Of a stretch of 24,570 bases of DNA, positions 9,300-17,363 are shown piece by piece. The translations under genes were made by a program, and so were the position numbers. Under the pieces are notes generated by a model. It saw only the letters and a list, made by a program, of their open reading frames with translations. It was not told where the DNA came from and did no database searches. The stretch is from the IMG/VR virus record IMGVR_UViG_3300032155_000029, positions 1 to 24,570 of that record. One strand, 5' to 3'. Source of the DNA: a virus (Duplodnaviria; Caudoviricetes). Every line of letters begins with the position of its first letter. The first letter of the stretch is position 1.

Positions 9300-9500
9300 T
9301 TACTCCTTGGCGGGCTTGGCCTGCTTGGCCGTGGGCTTGCTGGTGGTCACGTCGCCCTCGTTGATGCGCCGCAGCCAGTAGGTGGTGCGGACCACGGCCA
9401 GCCCTTCGTCGGGCACGTGCTGCAAGGTCTGCGGGTCGCGCACCTTGGGGCCGTCGGGCACGGGGTACACCGTGATCATTTCGGGGGCGGGCTTGGCCAT
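9300..9500 (-). CDS. Small tail protein, Mu gp38/DUF2635-like
   Basis: Start reassigned to ATG 9500 (AGGAG upstream), 66 aa; VRDP...VPDEG..V..TTYWLRRINEGDV; directly upstream of sheath. Confidence 0.88.
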   Translation of the reverse strand: MAKPAPEMITVYPVPDGPKVRDPQTLQHVPDEGLAVVRTTYWLRRINEGDVTTSKPTAKQAKPAKE

Positions 9501-9502
9501 GG

Positions 9503-10027
9503 TCACTCCTGTTCGGGATGGATGGTATCTTCGGCGTCGGTCACGCCGTCCGGCGGGGCCAGGTCCCAGCGCACCCCGCCGGTTGCAAAGTCGTCCAGGT
9601 CGGGCTGCTGGCGGGCGCGCTCGTACCACACGCCCGCATCCACGCGGGCGCAGCCGACAAGTTCGTCGCCCTTTTCGGCCAGCGAAATTTCGATGCCGCG
9701 CATCTCCAGATCCTGCACCAGACCGCCAAGGGTGGGGTCTGCCAGCAGGCAGTCTTCCACTGCGTCGGCCAGCTCGTTGAGCGTGGCGTCCATCCCTTCG
9801 CCGCTGGCCACCACTTCCACGGAAAGGGTCAGGTCGCGGGTGTAGCGGGGGGGCGAGGTGCCTTCGTCGTCCAGGGTTTCCTTCAGCCCGTACACGCCGA
9901 TGGCGGGCAGGCGCGCACTCTGGATGTGCCGCACCCGGCTGGGGTACACGCGCCCCTCGACGGCGGGCAGCGCGGCGCGCAGCATGGCGGCCACGGCGGT
10001 GACGATCTGCTGGCGGGTGGCCGTCAT
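9503..10027 (-). CDS. Tail terminator / tail completion protein (lambda gpU / Mu gp37 position)
   Basis: Start reassigned to ATG 10027 (ATGA overlap), 174 aa; RVYPSRV..LPAIGVY, ADPTLGGLV motifs typical of tail terminators. Confidence 0.78.
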   Translation of the reverse strand: MTATRQQIVTAVAAMLRAALPAVEGRVYPSRVRHIQSARLPAIGVYGLKETLDDEGTSPPRYTRDLTLSVEVVASGEGMDATLNELADAVEDCLLADPTLGGLVQDLEMRGIEISLAEKGDELVGCARVDAGVWYERARQQPDLDDFATGGVRWDLAPPDGVTDAEDTIHPEQE

Positions 10028-10350
10028 GCGGGCCTCCGGTGCAGGCGCACCTCCCACATGTTGGGATGCTTGGCCGTCACCTCTGCCACGGTGTATTCCT
10101 TGTCATCGAACAGCACGCGGTCTTCTTCAATTACAGGTTCTTGCCGCAACGAATCACGCAACACGGTCACAGTAATGGAGCTGCTGCTCACCTGCATGTA
10201 CTCGCCCGCGTCCACCAGTTGCTCGCCCTCGCGCCAGATGCCGCGCACGGTGATGGGGTCACCGTCCAGGGGAACGAAGGTCACCGGGTCGGCAAAGCCC
10301 CCGGCGAATATCCGCGCCGCGTCGGCGCGTACACGTGCGCGCAGGCTCAT
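10024..10350 (-). CDS. Head-tail joining / head closure protein (gpFII-like)
   Basis: 108 aa beta-rich (FADPVTF, ITVRGIW, DRVLFDDKEYTV); ATGA overlaps on both sides; neck position. Confidence 0.7.
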   Translation of the reverse strand: MSLRARVRADAARIFAGGFADPVTFVPLDGDPITVRGIWREGEQLVDAGEYMQVSSSSITVTVLRDSLRQEPVIEEDRVLFDDKEYTVAEVTAKHPNMWEVRLHRRPA

Positions 10351-10934
10351 ACGGCAAGCTCCTTGGACAGCAGGTAATTTGCTTCGGCCAGGACGCGGGT
10401 GCGGAACACGTCTTCCGCCCTGGTCTGCTGGGCGGCGATCACTTCCGGCTTACCGAAGTAGGCGAGGAAGGACGGCCCATACAGGCGGCGGATGGGCGTG
10501 CGCTTGGCGGTCTGGCGGGCGTAGACCTCGCCCTTGGCGATGAACACGCCGGGCAGCTTCTGGCCGTCCAGGCTGACCACCCGCTTGCGCCCGCCGCCCT
10601 TGCGGATGAGCACGGTGACGCCCTTCTTGGTCTGGCGCGCCCCCCAGCGGATAAGCGGGATGGACATTTTGCCCCGCGCGTAGAGGATGGCCACCTTGTA
10701 AGCGCGGGTGGCCTTGCGCACGTACATGGTGTCCCGCACGTCGCGAGCGGGCGCGGCGTATTCGGCGCGGATGGCTCTGGACACCTCGTCGCGGGTGGCG
10801 GTGACGGCCCGGTTAAGGGCACGCACCACCACCAGGTCCATCCCGCGAGGGATGGACCCCACCCGACTGGCCAGTTCGCCCAGCACCTGGGCGGCGTGAT
10901 GGCTGTCGAGACGGACGAGGCGCTTGTCTGCCAT
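10347..10934 (-). CDS. Minor tail / neck protein, lambda gpZ-like
   Basis: 195 aa, very basic; RALNRAVTATR, FIA...VYAR..KRTPIRRLYGPS pattern. Confidence 0.82.
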   Translation of the reverse strand: MADKRLVRLDSHHAAQVLGELASRVGSIPRGMDLVVVRALNRAVTATRDEVSRAIRAEYAAPARDVRDTMYVRKATRAYKVAILYARGKMSIPLIRWGARQTKKGVTVLIRKGGGRKRVVSLDGQKLPGVFIAKGEVYARQTAKRTPIRRLYGPSFLAYFGKPEVIAAQQTRAEDVFRTRVLAEANYLLSKELAV

Positions 10935-10938
10935 GGGG

Positions 10939-11130
10939 TTAGTCCTTGCTGTCGCTGGCGGGGGTCAGGTCGGGCATGTCGCGCAGGTCCTGGGTGGCCG
11001 CTTCGTATTCCTCGATGGTGGGCAGGGTGTAGCCGCCCTGCTCCGCGCACAGGCGCTGGGCCATTTCGGCGGCGGTCAGGCCAAGGCGCAGGCCGGATTC
11101 GATGAGGGCGATGAGTTCCACGGGCGTCAT
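10939..11130 (-). CDS. Hypothetical protein (63 aa), last gene of lysis cassette
   Basis: AAGGAG upstream; amphipathic N-terminal helix, acidic C-terminus; fills the gap in the operon. Confidence 0.7.
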   Translation of the reverse strand: MTPVELIALIESGLRLGLTAAEMAQRLCAEQGGYTLPTIEEYEAATQDLRDMPDLTPASDSKD

Positions 11131-11132
11131 GG

Positions 11133-11732
11133 TCAGCGCTCCTTGAAGGCCGCGAGCAACGCCGCGGCGTCACCAAGCAGGCGCATGGCGTTGGTTTTCA
11201 GGGCCAGCCAGTCGCCCGGCTCGGTCTGGGTGCGGGCGTACGCGCCCGCCCCTTCGCGCAGGGCGATGACGGCCAGCTTGGCCTTGTCCAGCAGCGGGGC
11301 CACGTCGGCCTCCAGCATGGGCCGGGCATCGGGCAGGGCCGCGTGCAGCTGCTCATACTCCTGGTGCAGGGCCACGTAGGTGATGCGCAGTTCCTCGCCC
11401 ACGGCCATGGCCTGCTCGTGCGGCTGCATGCCCTTCAGCGCGCAGCCGGAACTGACGGCCAGCACCGGCAGCAGCAGTGCGAGCAGCAACAGGGTCTTGG
11501 CCCCCTTCACGGTCACGGGCTTGATGGTGGTCTTGGCCTTGATGCGGCCCCAGATGGTCAGGCCACCGGCAATGGCCGCGCCGATGCCCAAGGCCGCGTC
11601 CACCAGCTGGGTCTGCATGTCGGCGTCAAGGCTGATGCCGCACAGGGCCAGCACGGCCACCAGCAGGGAGACAATGCCCCCCCACACGGTGCGCGAGGCC
11701 AGCAGCGGCTTTACGGTGTCGGTGTCAAACAT
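11133..11732 (-). CDS. Putative holin-like 2-TM domain fused to a lipoprotein (possible spanin-type function)
   Basis: Start reassigned to ATG 11732 (AAAGGGAG RBS), 199 aa; KPLLASRTVWGG-TM1...TM2-IWGRIKA, then basic linker, hydrophobic LLLLALLLPVLAV and lipobox-like SSG-C97, then a helical domain. Confidence 0.65.
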   Translation of the reverse strand: MFDTDTVKPLLASRTVWGGIVSLLVAVLALCGISLDADMQTQLVDAALGIGAAIAGGLTIWGRIKAKTTIKPVTVKGAKTLLLLALLLPVLAVSSGCALKGMQPHEQAMAVGEELRITYVALHQEYEQLHAALPDARPMLEADVAPLLDKAKLAVIALREGAGAYARTQTEPGDWLALKTNAMRLLGDAAALLAAFKER

Positions 11733-11752
11733 GGGTGCTCCCTTTGGCCCGG

Positions 11753-12247
11753 TTACGCGGGCCACGTGCCGCCAAGGGCCTTCAGCACCTTGGCCGGGTA
11801 TTCGGGGTTGGAGTAGTTATTGTGGCCCTTCACCGCGCCCGCGCCGCCGTTGTACGCGGCGCACACGGCGGACCACCCGAACGCCGCCTTGTACTTGGCG
11901 GCGAAGGCGGCCAGATGCTTGCAGCCGATGTCCAGCCCGGTGGCCGGGTCGCACAGTTCGGTGAGGTAGGCCCCCTTGAAGCCCCGCTCGCGAGCCACCT
12001 GGCCCATCACCTGGAGCAGACCAAAGGAGGTGGCGCGCAGGCGGCGTTCGGTATCCAGCGAGCAGGGGGAAACGGCCTTCACGTCGGGGTTCTTTTCGAC
12101 GTAGCGGGCGTAGAAGCCCGGTTCAAAACGGGTTGCCCAAGGATTGTCGGTACTTTCCACCCGCACCATGGCCGCCACCAGTTCGGGCGGCAGGCCATGG
12201 CGGGTGGCCGCGTCGTTGATCAGTTGGGTGAGCTGTTTGGGGTCCAT
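11753..12247 (-). CDS. Endolysin, SLT-family lytic transglycosylase
   Basis: Start at ATG 12247 (AAGGAG 5 nt upstream), 164 aa; catalytic VES, SFGLLQVM, AYNGG motifs; no signal or SAR segment. Confidence 0.93.
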   Translation of the reverse strand: MDPKQLTQLINDAATRHGLPPELVAAMVRVESTDNPWATRFEPGFYARYVEKNPDVKAVSPCSLDTERRLRATSFGLLQVMGQVARERGFKGAYLTELCDPATGLDIGCKHLAAFAAKYKAAFGWSAVCAAYNGGAGAVKGHNNYSNPEYPAKVLKALGGTWPA

Positions 12248-12249
12248 GG

Positions 12250-12519
12250 TCACTCCTTGTCGTCGGCGCGGGTGTTCAGGATTTGCGCCTGGATGTCCTT
12301 GGGTATGTCGCTGTGGACAACAAGGGCGCGGAGCATGCGGAACAGGATGTTGAGCTTCGAGCTGACGGCGTCGAACGTATCCTCGCTGGCGTCATGCCGC
12401 AGGCGGCATTGTTCGCGTGGCACGAACTTGCTGCCCAGCCAGATGCGCACGGACACGGCGGTGAGCGCGGAGATGAACGCCGTCAGCAGCAGCAGTTCCA
12501 GCGGGGTGAACGTCAGCAT
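12250..12519 (-). CDS. Single-TM membrane protein, probable lysis accessory or holin-like
   Basis: 89 aa; N-terminal TM (LELLLLTAFISALTAVSVRIWL) and soluble helical C-terminus; immediately upstream of endolysin. Confidence 0.6.
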   Translation of the reverse strand: MLTFTPLELLLLTAFISALTAVSVRIWLGSKFVPREQCRLRHDASEDTFDAVSSKLNILFRMLRALVVHSDIPKDIQAQILNTRADDKE

Positions 12520-12534
12520 GCCGCGCCCCCTGCC

Positions 12535-12894
12535 CTAGCCCTGACCGGTGGTCCCGGCATCCCCGGCGGCCTGTTCGGCACCGGCCTTACCGTCGTCCTT
12601 GGCGGATTCCGCCGGGGATGCCGGAGCCGCCGGGGCGGCAGGCTTGGACTTGTCGGCCATGCGGGCGGCAAGGGCGGCCTGCGGGCTGGCATCGCCGCCA
12701 ACCTCGCCCACCTCGGCAACCTTCGTGGCCGCAGGGTCCACGTACAGCTCGGCAGACTTGCCGGTGATCAGACGTTGCGCCTCCTCGGCGAACACGGAGA
12801 CGACGGAGCCGGGCTTGTGCACGGTGCGCACGCCCTTGGCGTCGCGATCCCACAGTTCGCCCAGCAGACGGACGCGTACTTTCTTGGCAGCCAT
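12535..12894 (-). CDS. Hypothetical head accessory protein (lambda gpFI-like position)
   Basis: 119 aa directly after capsid; compact N-terminal domain (PGSVVSVFAEEAQRLI) plus Ala/Pro-rich disordered tail. Confidence 0.65.
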   Translation of the reverse strand: MAAKKVRVRLLGELWDRDAKGVRTVHKPGSVVSVFAEEAQRLITGKSAELYVDPAATKVAEVGEVGGDASPQAALAARMADKSKPAAPAAPASPAESAKDDGKAGAEQAAGDAGTTGQG

Positions 12895-12904
12895 GTCACC
12901 CCCC

Positions 12905-13921
12905 TTACGCGAGGACCACAGCCGTCACGACGGATGCGGGCTGGAAGATGACGGGCAGCGGGTTGGTTTCACCCAGCATCCACAGGCTGGACGGCTCGTC
13001 CTCGATGAACATCTTGACGAAGTACTCCGCTTGCACGCCAGCGATGCCCGCCGCCAGGTCTTCGATCAGCCCGAATTCCAGCACGGCCTTGGCCTTGGTG
13101 GAGTACAGGGCAATCTTGTTGACCGGCCAGATTTCCTGCACCACGTCGTTCTCGTCCAGGAAGGTTCCGCCGTAGCGGTACAGTTGCAGGCCTTTGTAGT
13201 AGCCGACGTAATCAGCCCCGAATTCCGGAGCCAGCAGGCCCACTTCCATCCTCTTGTTGTCCAGTTGCTTCTGGATCTTCGGGTGGCTGGAGAAGCGGGA
13301 AGAAGCGCTGGTGCCCATGATCATGACGTCCGGGCTGAAACCGGTCTGGTCCTTGGCCTTCTTGGTCCAGGATTCGACCTGTTCGTCGATGTCGCTGGCG
13401 TCGTCGGACCACAGGTCGCCGCCGGTCAGCGTCACCTTGTTCCCGGCGGGCATGCCGTAGTCGTAGACAAGCCCCAGGTCGTCGATGGTCATGGACCCCT
13501 GCAGGATGTCCGCGCAGGCCTTTTCGATGGTCAGGTCCAGCCGCGCGCGCATGTCCTGCAGCTCGGTGGCCAGGTTCTTTTCTGCGGCCATTTCGGCGGT
13601 CTGCCCGCCCACCAGGTACGGCATGAACCCTGCGGGTCGGCTGAGCAGCTTCTTGGGGTCCATCTGCTTCTTGGGCCGCAGCTTGGGAAATTCCAGCCAC
13701 GTTGCCGACTTGCGGGTGTTTTCGATGATCGTGCCGCCCCGCACGGCGGTGGTGTAGGGCACAATCTTGTTCTTGTACTTTTCCTTGTCGAACTGGAGGA
13801 TCGTTACAGGGTTGGTGTTGCGGTCCTTGAACAGGGTCTTCTGGAGCAGGCCGGGCATGCCAGGCATTTCGGCAATGGCCTCGGTCAGGTACTGGAAATC
13901 CCAGGGTCCGGGATTGGGCAT
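12905..13921 (-). CDS. Major capsid protein, lambda gpE-like
   Basis: 338 aa after decoration protein; YDYGMP, LTGGDLWSD, EDEPS...ETNPLPV motifs. Confidence 0.93.
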   Translation of the reverse strand: MPNPGPWDFQYLTEAIAEMPGMPGLLQKTLFKDRNTNPVTILQFDKEKYKNKIVPYTTAVRGGTIIENTRKSATWLEFPKLRPKKQMDPKKLLSRPAGFMPYLVGGQTAEMAAEKNLATELQDMRARLDLTIEKACADILQGSMTIDDLGLVYDYGMPAGNKVTLTGGDLWSDDASDIDEQVESWTKKAKDQTGFSPDVMIMGTSASSRFSSHPKIQKQLDNKRMEVGLLAPEFGADYVGYYKGLQLYRYGGTFLDENDVVQEIWPVNKIALYSTKAKAVLEFGLIEDLAAGIAGVQAEYFVKMFIEDEPSSLWMLGETNPLPVIFQPASVVTAVVLA

Positions 13922-13930
13922 GGCGGCCTC

Positions 13931-14320
13931 CTACGCGGGCTGCTTGAGGGTGACGTAAATGCCCGCATCGCGCAGGGCGGCGATGGCGGCGGCCTTCTGG
14001 GGGGCGGTGATACCGCCCGGCCAGGTCAGACCCCGGTCCAGCACGGTGCCGTGCACGTAGCCGCGCGAAACGGCATCGCCAGCGGCGGGCACGGTGGTGT
14101 CTTCGGCCAGGATGTGGGTGGGGGTCTGGCTGCCGTCGGACGCGCCGGGGGCCAGCTTGACCTGCTTGCCGCTGGCGGTGACGGTGGACAGCACCGTACC
14201 GGCGGGCATGTCCGCCAGCGTGCCGGTGGACGCCAGGGTGATCACTTCCAGCACGGGCGGGTGCGCGCCCAGAAAGGGGATGAAGGCGTATTCTTCGGTG
14301 GTGACGGCGGGAATCGCCAT
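13931..14320 (-). CDS. Head decoration protein, lambda gpD-like
   Basis: 129 aa; AGTVL, ASDGSQTPTHILAED, LTWP, LRDAGIY motifs; AGGAGG RBS. Confidence 0.88.
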   Translation of the reverse strand: MAIPAVTTEEYAFIPFLGAHPPVLEVITLASTGTLADMPAGTVLSTVTASGKQVKLAPGASDGSQTPTHILAEDTTVPAAGDAVSRGYVHGTVLDRGLTWPGGITAPQKAAAIAALRDAGIYVTLKQPA

Positions 14321-14332
14321 GGCGACCTCCTG

Positions 14333-14785
14333 TTAGCTGACCAGCGCGGCAAGGCGCTTGCCGAACTGGGCGGGGGTTTCGGCGCCGGGCTTGCCGGGGG
14401 CACCGGCCAAGGGGGCGGCGTGGGCGGTGGTCAGCCCTTCCAGAATCCTGTCCGCCTCGGACTTGGCCACGGTGGCCTTGGGTTCGGCGGGGGGCGTGCC
14501 CTCCTGCTGGCCTTCGGCGGCGGCATCGGCCTTCGGGGGCGCGGGCATCAGCCCGGCCACGGCGGCAATCTGCGCGGCGGTCAGGTTCTGCTCCAGCAGG
14601 GCCTGCACGCGGGTGGCCGCTTCTTCGCCAGCCGTAGCGCGCACGGCGGCAACGCAGGCCTCGGTGCGGTCCTTCAGCTGGGCGGCGTGTTGCGTGGCGG
14701 CCTGGGCCGTGGCCTGTTCGGCGGCCTCGCGGGTGATGGACGCCAGCACTTCCGGGTGCTGGGCGGCAAGGGTCGCCTTGTCCAT
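14333..14785 (-). CDS. Nested in-frame scaffolding protein (lambda Nu3-like), 150 aa
   Basis: Internal ATG at 14785 preceded by AAAGGAGA 5 nt upstream, at the end of the protease domain; product MDKATLAAQHPEVL... is Ala/Glu/Gln-rich helical. Confidence 0.75.
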   Translation of the reverse strand: MDKATLAAQHPEVLASITREAAEQATAQAATQHAAQLKDRTEACVAAVRATAGEEAATRVQALLEQNLTAAQIAAVAGLMPAPPKADAAAEGQQEGTPPAEPKATVAKSEADRILEGLTTAHAAPLAGAPGKPGAETPAQFGKRLAALVS

Positions 14786-15691
14786 GGTTGTCTCCTTTGC
14801 AAGGGTTGCGATGGCCGTTTCCAGGTCGGCCACTATGGCGGTGACGAGGCCCTGCGGGGCTGCGGACGCGATGAAGATTTGCCCATCGGCCCACGTGCCC
14901 AGGGCCGCGACGTCCAGCCCCATGCCGGACGCCACCCCGTCGATGAAATGTTGGTACAGGGTATCCAGTCGCGCCTGGATGTAGGCGCGCTCCTGGTCGG
15001 TGAGCGGGTTGTCTTCGTTGCCCACGGCCTTCCATTTGCCTGCGGTAAGGTAGGCGTAGGAGACGCCCATCTTTTCGTTCCAACCCGCATAGTTGGGCAA
15101 AACGCTGATGATGCCGATGGACCCCACGGACGCGGTGGCCGGCGCGAACACCCGCCCGGTGGCCGCGCCCATGGAATAGGCGGCGCTGGCCATGGTGCCG
15201 TTGGCGTACGCGGCCATGGGCTTGCCCGATGCCTTGCCCGCGCTGGCGATGTAGTCGGACAGCTCTTTCATTCCCGCGACCGTTCCGCCGGGGCTGTTGA
15301 TGTCCAGCAGCACCGCGCCCACGGCGTTGTCCGCCAGGGCGGCGGCAATGGCCGGGCGAATCTGGTTGAGCATGCCGGTGGCGACCAGTTCGCCCCACCA
15401 GGTGCGGACGGCGAACTGCGACAGCACGCCCCGGATGGAGATGACAGCAACGCCGTTGACCACCGCGTACGGCTTGTCCTGCAGCACATCGCCCCCCATG
15501 GCGAAGGCGGCGTGCGGAGTGAACCCTCCGGCGGGCGGCAAGGCGGACTCGCCGGAGGGTTCGTGCCGCGCCAGCTTGTCGGGGGGGCTGGCGGGCCGGG
15601 AAAGGACCATGCCGCGCACGTGCGACAAAAACGGGGCAAGGGCGTCGGGCTGGATAGCCCACAGGCGCTCGGCAAACAGGCTATTGGGCAT
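14333..15691 (-). CDS. Prohead protease, S49 (SppA/ClpP-like; lambda gpC-type) with C-terminal scaffold region
   Basis: Start reassigned to ATG 15691 (AGGAG upstream), 452 aa; LLDINSPGG, MASAAY, VGSIGI, AGKWK, FIDGVASG motifs. Confidence 0.94.
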   Translation of the reverse strand: MPNSLFAERLWAIQPDALAPFLSHVRGMVLSRPASPPDKLARHEPSGESALPPAGGFTPHAAFAMGGDVLQDKPYAVVNGVAVISIRGVLSQFAVRTWWGELVATGMLNQIRPAIAAALADNAVGAVLLDINSPGGTVAGMKELSDYIASAGKASGKPMAAYANGTMASAAYSMGAATGRVFAPATASVGSIGIISVLPNYAGWNEKMGVSYAYLTAGKWKAVGNEDNPLTDQERAYIQARLDTLYQHFIDGVASGMGLDVAALGTWADGQIFIASAAPQGLVTAIVADLETAIATLAKETTMDKATLAAQHPEVLASITREAAEQATAQAATQHAAQLKDRTEACVAAVRATAGEEAATRVQALLEQNLTAAQIAAVAGLMPAPPKADAAAEGQQEGTPPAEPKATVAKSEADRILEGLTTAHAAPLAGAPGKPGAETPAQFGKRLAALVS

Positions 15692-17360
15692 GGCCCTGCT
15701 CCTGCGTTTGGGCGGGGGGATCGGAGGGATACGGCCCGCGCTGGGCGGTTGCCCCGGTGCGCGAGTTGATGCGTTCGGCCAGCTCCGGCGCAAGGCGGTG
15801 CAGCATGCGGTCTTCGTGGCCGCGCAGAGCCCAGACGTCTTCTACGTCCAGCCCGCGTTCGCCCAGGATTTCGCTGTACGTGGCAAGGCCGTTGTCCAGC
15901 ATGGTGATGGCCGCATCGGCTTCCTTCACCGGGTCCACGTAGCCGCGACCAGGGCCGATCCAGTTGGCCGCCGTCCAAAGGGGCAGCGCCTCGTAAAAGC
16001 CGGGGGCGTTGGGGGGCAGCTTGATGTAGCCGCGCAAAAAGGCTTCTTCCTGCACCATGCGCCAGATGGGCTGGCAGTAGCTGCGGGCCTGCCACTGGCG
16101 CCACATCATGTACACGCGCCACGCTTCCAGCAGGGCGGCGCGGGCGGAGCTGTAGTTGGTCTTGGAAAAGTCTTTCAGTACGGCTTCGTAGGGCAGGCCC
16201 GCGCTAGCGCCCATGGCGCGCACGATGAAGGTAACGAAGCTGTTCCAGTTTGCGCCGGGCCTGTCGCTGGAAAGGACTTTGGCGTCTTCGCCCTCGTTGG
16301 TGTAGAGCACCTGGCCGGGGGCGTATGACTGGTGGTAGATCGGCTCCCTGCCGTCACCCGGCCCCCCCTGCGGTCCCTGCACGCCCCCGCCGTTGCGGAA
16401 GAAGGCGTCCATGTCGTCGGTGCTGCCGCCCTTGCGCCCGCTGGAGAACACCAGCGGAAACGACGCGGCGACGATCTGGCCTATCAGCTCGTATTCCAGG
16501 CTGTCGGCAAGGTGGCGGAACAGCTTCAGCGCGGGGGTGATGACGGGTTCGCCCCGGTACTGCTCCTCGCTGGTATGGCGGAAGCAGTGGAACAAGCCGA
16601 CGCGGTGGCCCACGCGGTACGGCAGGCGGCGAAAGCTGCCAGACCCCAGCGCGTCCCACCCGTGCATGCCGGTGAACAGGCTGGGGTTCGGCTCCGCGAT
16701 CCAGCCCGCATAGCGGCGCCCGTGGGCGTCCAGTTCCACGCCGTCGCGGAAGTTGGACTGCCCGCGCTTGTCGGCGGGGGTGCACATGCGTTGCGAGTGC
16801 ACCGGCTGGATGCGCAGGCCAAGGAAGCCGCCGTCGCTGGCCGGGTCCACCATCACCGGCACCTGCACCATTTCACCGTGGACGATGGCGGAGTGCATGC
16901 CCATGTACTGAAGGTCGGCAAACGGCTGGCCGTCGTATCCGGCCCGCTCGGACCACAGCCACCAGACATCTTCCATGGCGTTGCCGATCTCGCGGGCCAG
17001 GTCCTCGTCAATGCCCAACATCTTTGCCGGGATGCACGCGGACGGCATCAGGCCGTTGGCCCCCACCGCGTTGAGCGTGATGTTGCTGACGAGGGACGAG
17101 GCGGCCCAGTCGTTGGCGGTAAGGTCTTCGCTACGGGTGGAGGCAACCTGCCGTTCGCGCCACATGGTGGCGGGCGCCGGGCGGCCTGGCAGCCAGTTGG
17201 CCAGCGCACCCCGGAAGGACCCGGCATCGCGGGAAACGCGCGGCACCACCCCCGGTACAACAGGGCCGCCCGCGCGCATGGCGGGCATTTGGCCTGCCAT
17301 CTGGCGCGCACGGCGCATGTTGGCGTGGGGGATGGGGCGCGCGGCGCGGGGCATGGCCAT
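15681..17360 (-). CDS. Portal protein, lambda family
   Basis: 559 aa; RSEDLTAND, DGVELDAHGR, QYRGEP, DFSKTNYSSARAALLE, WIGPGRGYVDPVKE motifs. Confidence 0.96.
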   Translation of the reverse strand: MAMPRAARPIPHANMRRARQMAGQMPAMRAGGPVVPGVVPRVSRDAGSFRGALANWLPGRPAPATMWRERQVASTRSEDLTANDWAASSLVSNITLNAVGANGLMPSACIPAKMLGIDEDLAREIGNAMEDVWWLWSERAGYDGQPFADLQYMGMHSAIVHGEMVQVPVMVDPASDGGFLGLRIQPVHSQRMCTPADKRGQSNFRDGVELDAHGRRYAGWIAEPNPSLFTGMHGWDALGSGSFRRLPYRVGHRVGLFHCFRHTSEEQYRGEPVITPALKLFRHLADSLEYELIGQIVAASFPLVFSSGRKGGSTDDMDAFFRNGGGVQGPQGGPGDGREPIYHQSYAPGQVLYTNEGEDAKVLSSDRPGANWNSFVTFIVRAMGASAGLPYEAVLKDFSKTNYSSARAALLEAWRVYMMWRQWQARSYCQPIWRMVQEEAFLRGYIKLPPNAPGFYEALPLWTAANWIGPGRGYVDPVKEADAAITMLDNGLATYSEILGERGLDVEDVWALRGHEDRMLHRLAPELAERINSRTGATAQRGPYPSDPPAQTQEQGHAQ

Positions 17361-17363
17361 GGG

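Noticed and set aside
323-9500. Tail cluster as a tailocin, eCIS/T6SS, or a transposable Mu-like phage
   Set aside because: A full head, terminase and primase/helicase module is present; no transposase or Mu-type portal/terminase is seen
6780-9845. 1021-aa plus-strand ORF
   Set aside because: Antisense shadow of sheath/tube/chaperone genes; expected with high GC3; no recognisable motifs
13212-15662. 816-aa minus-strand alternative-frame ORF
   Set aside because: Arg/Pro/Gly-rich off-frame read of genuine head genes; typical GC-rich artefact
12548-15769. 1073-aa plus-strand ORF
   Set aside because: Antisense shadow of protease, decoration and capsid genes; Gly/His/Arg-rich composition without motifs
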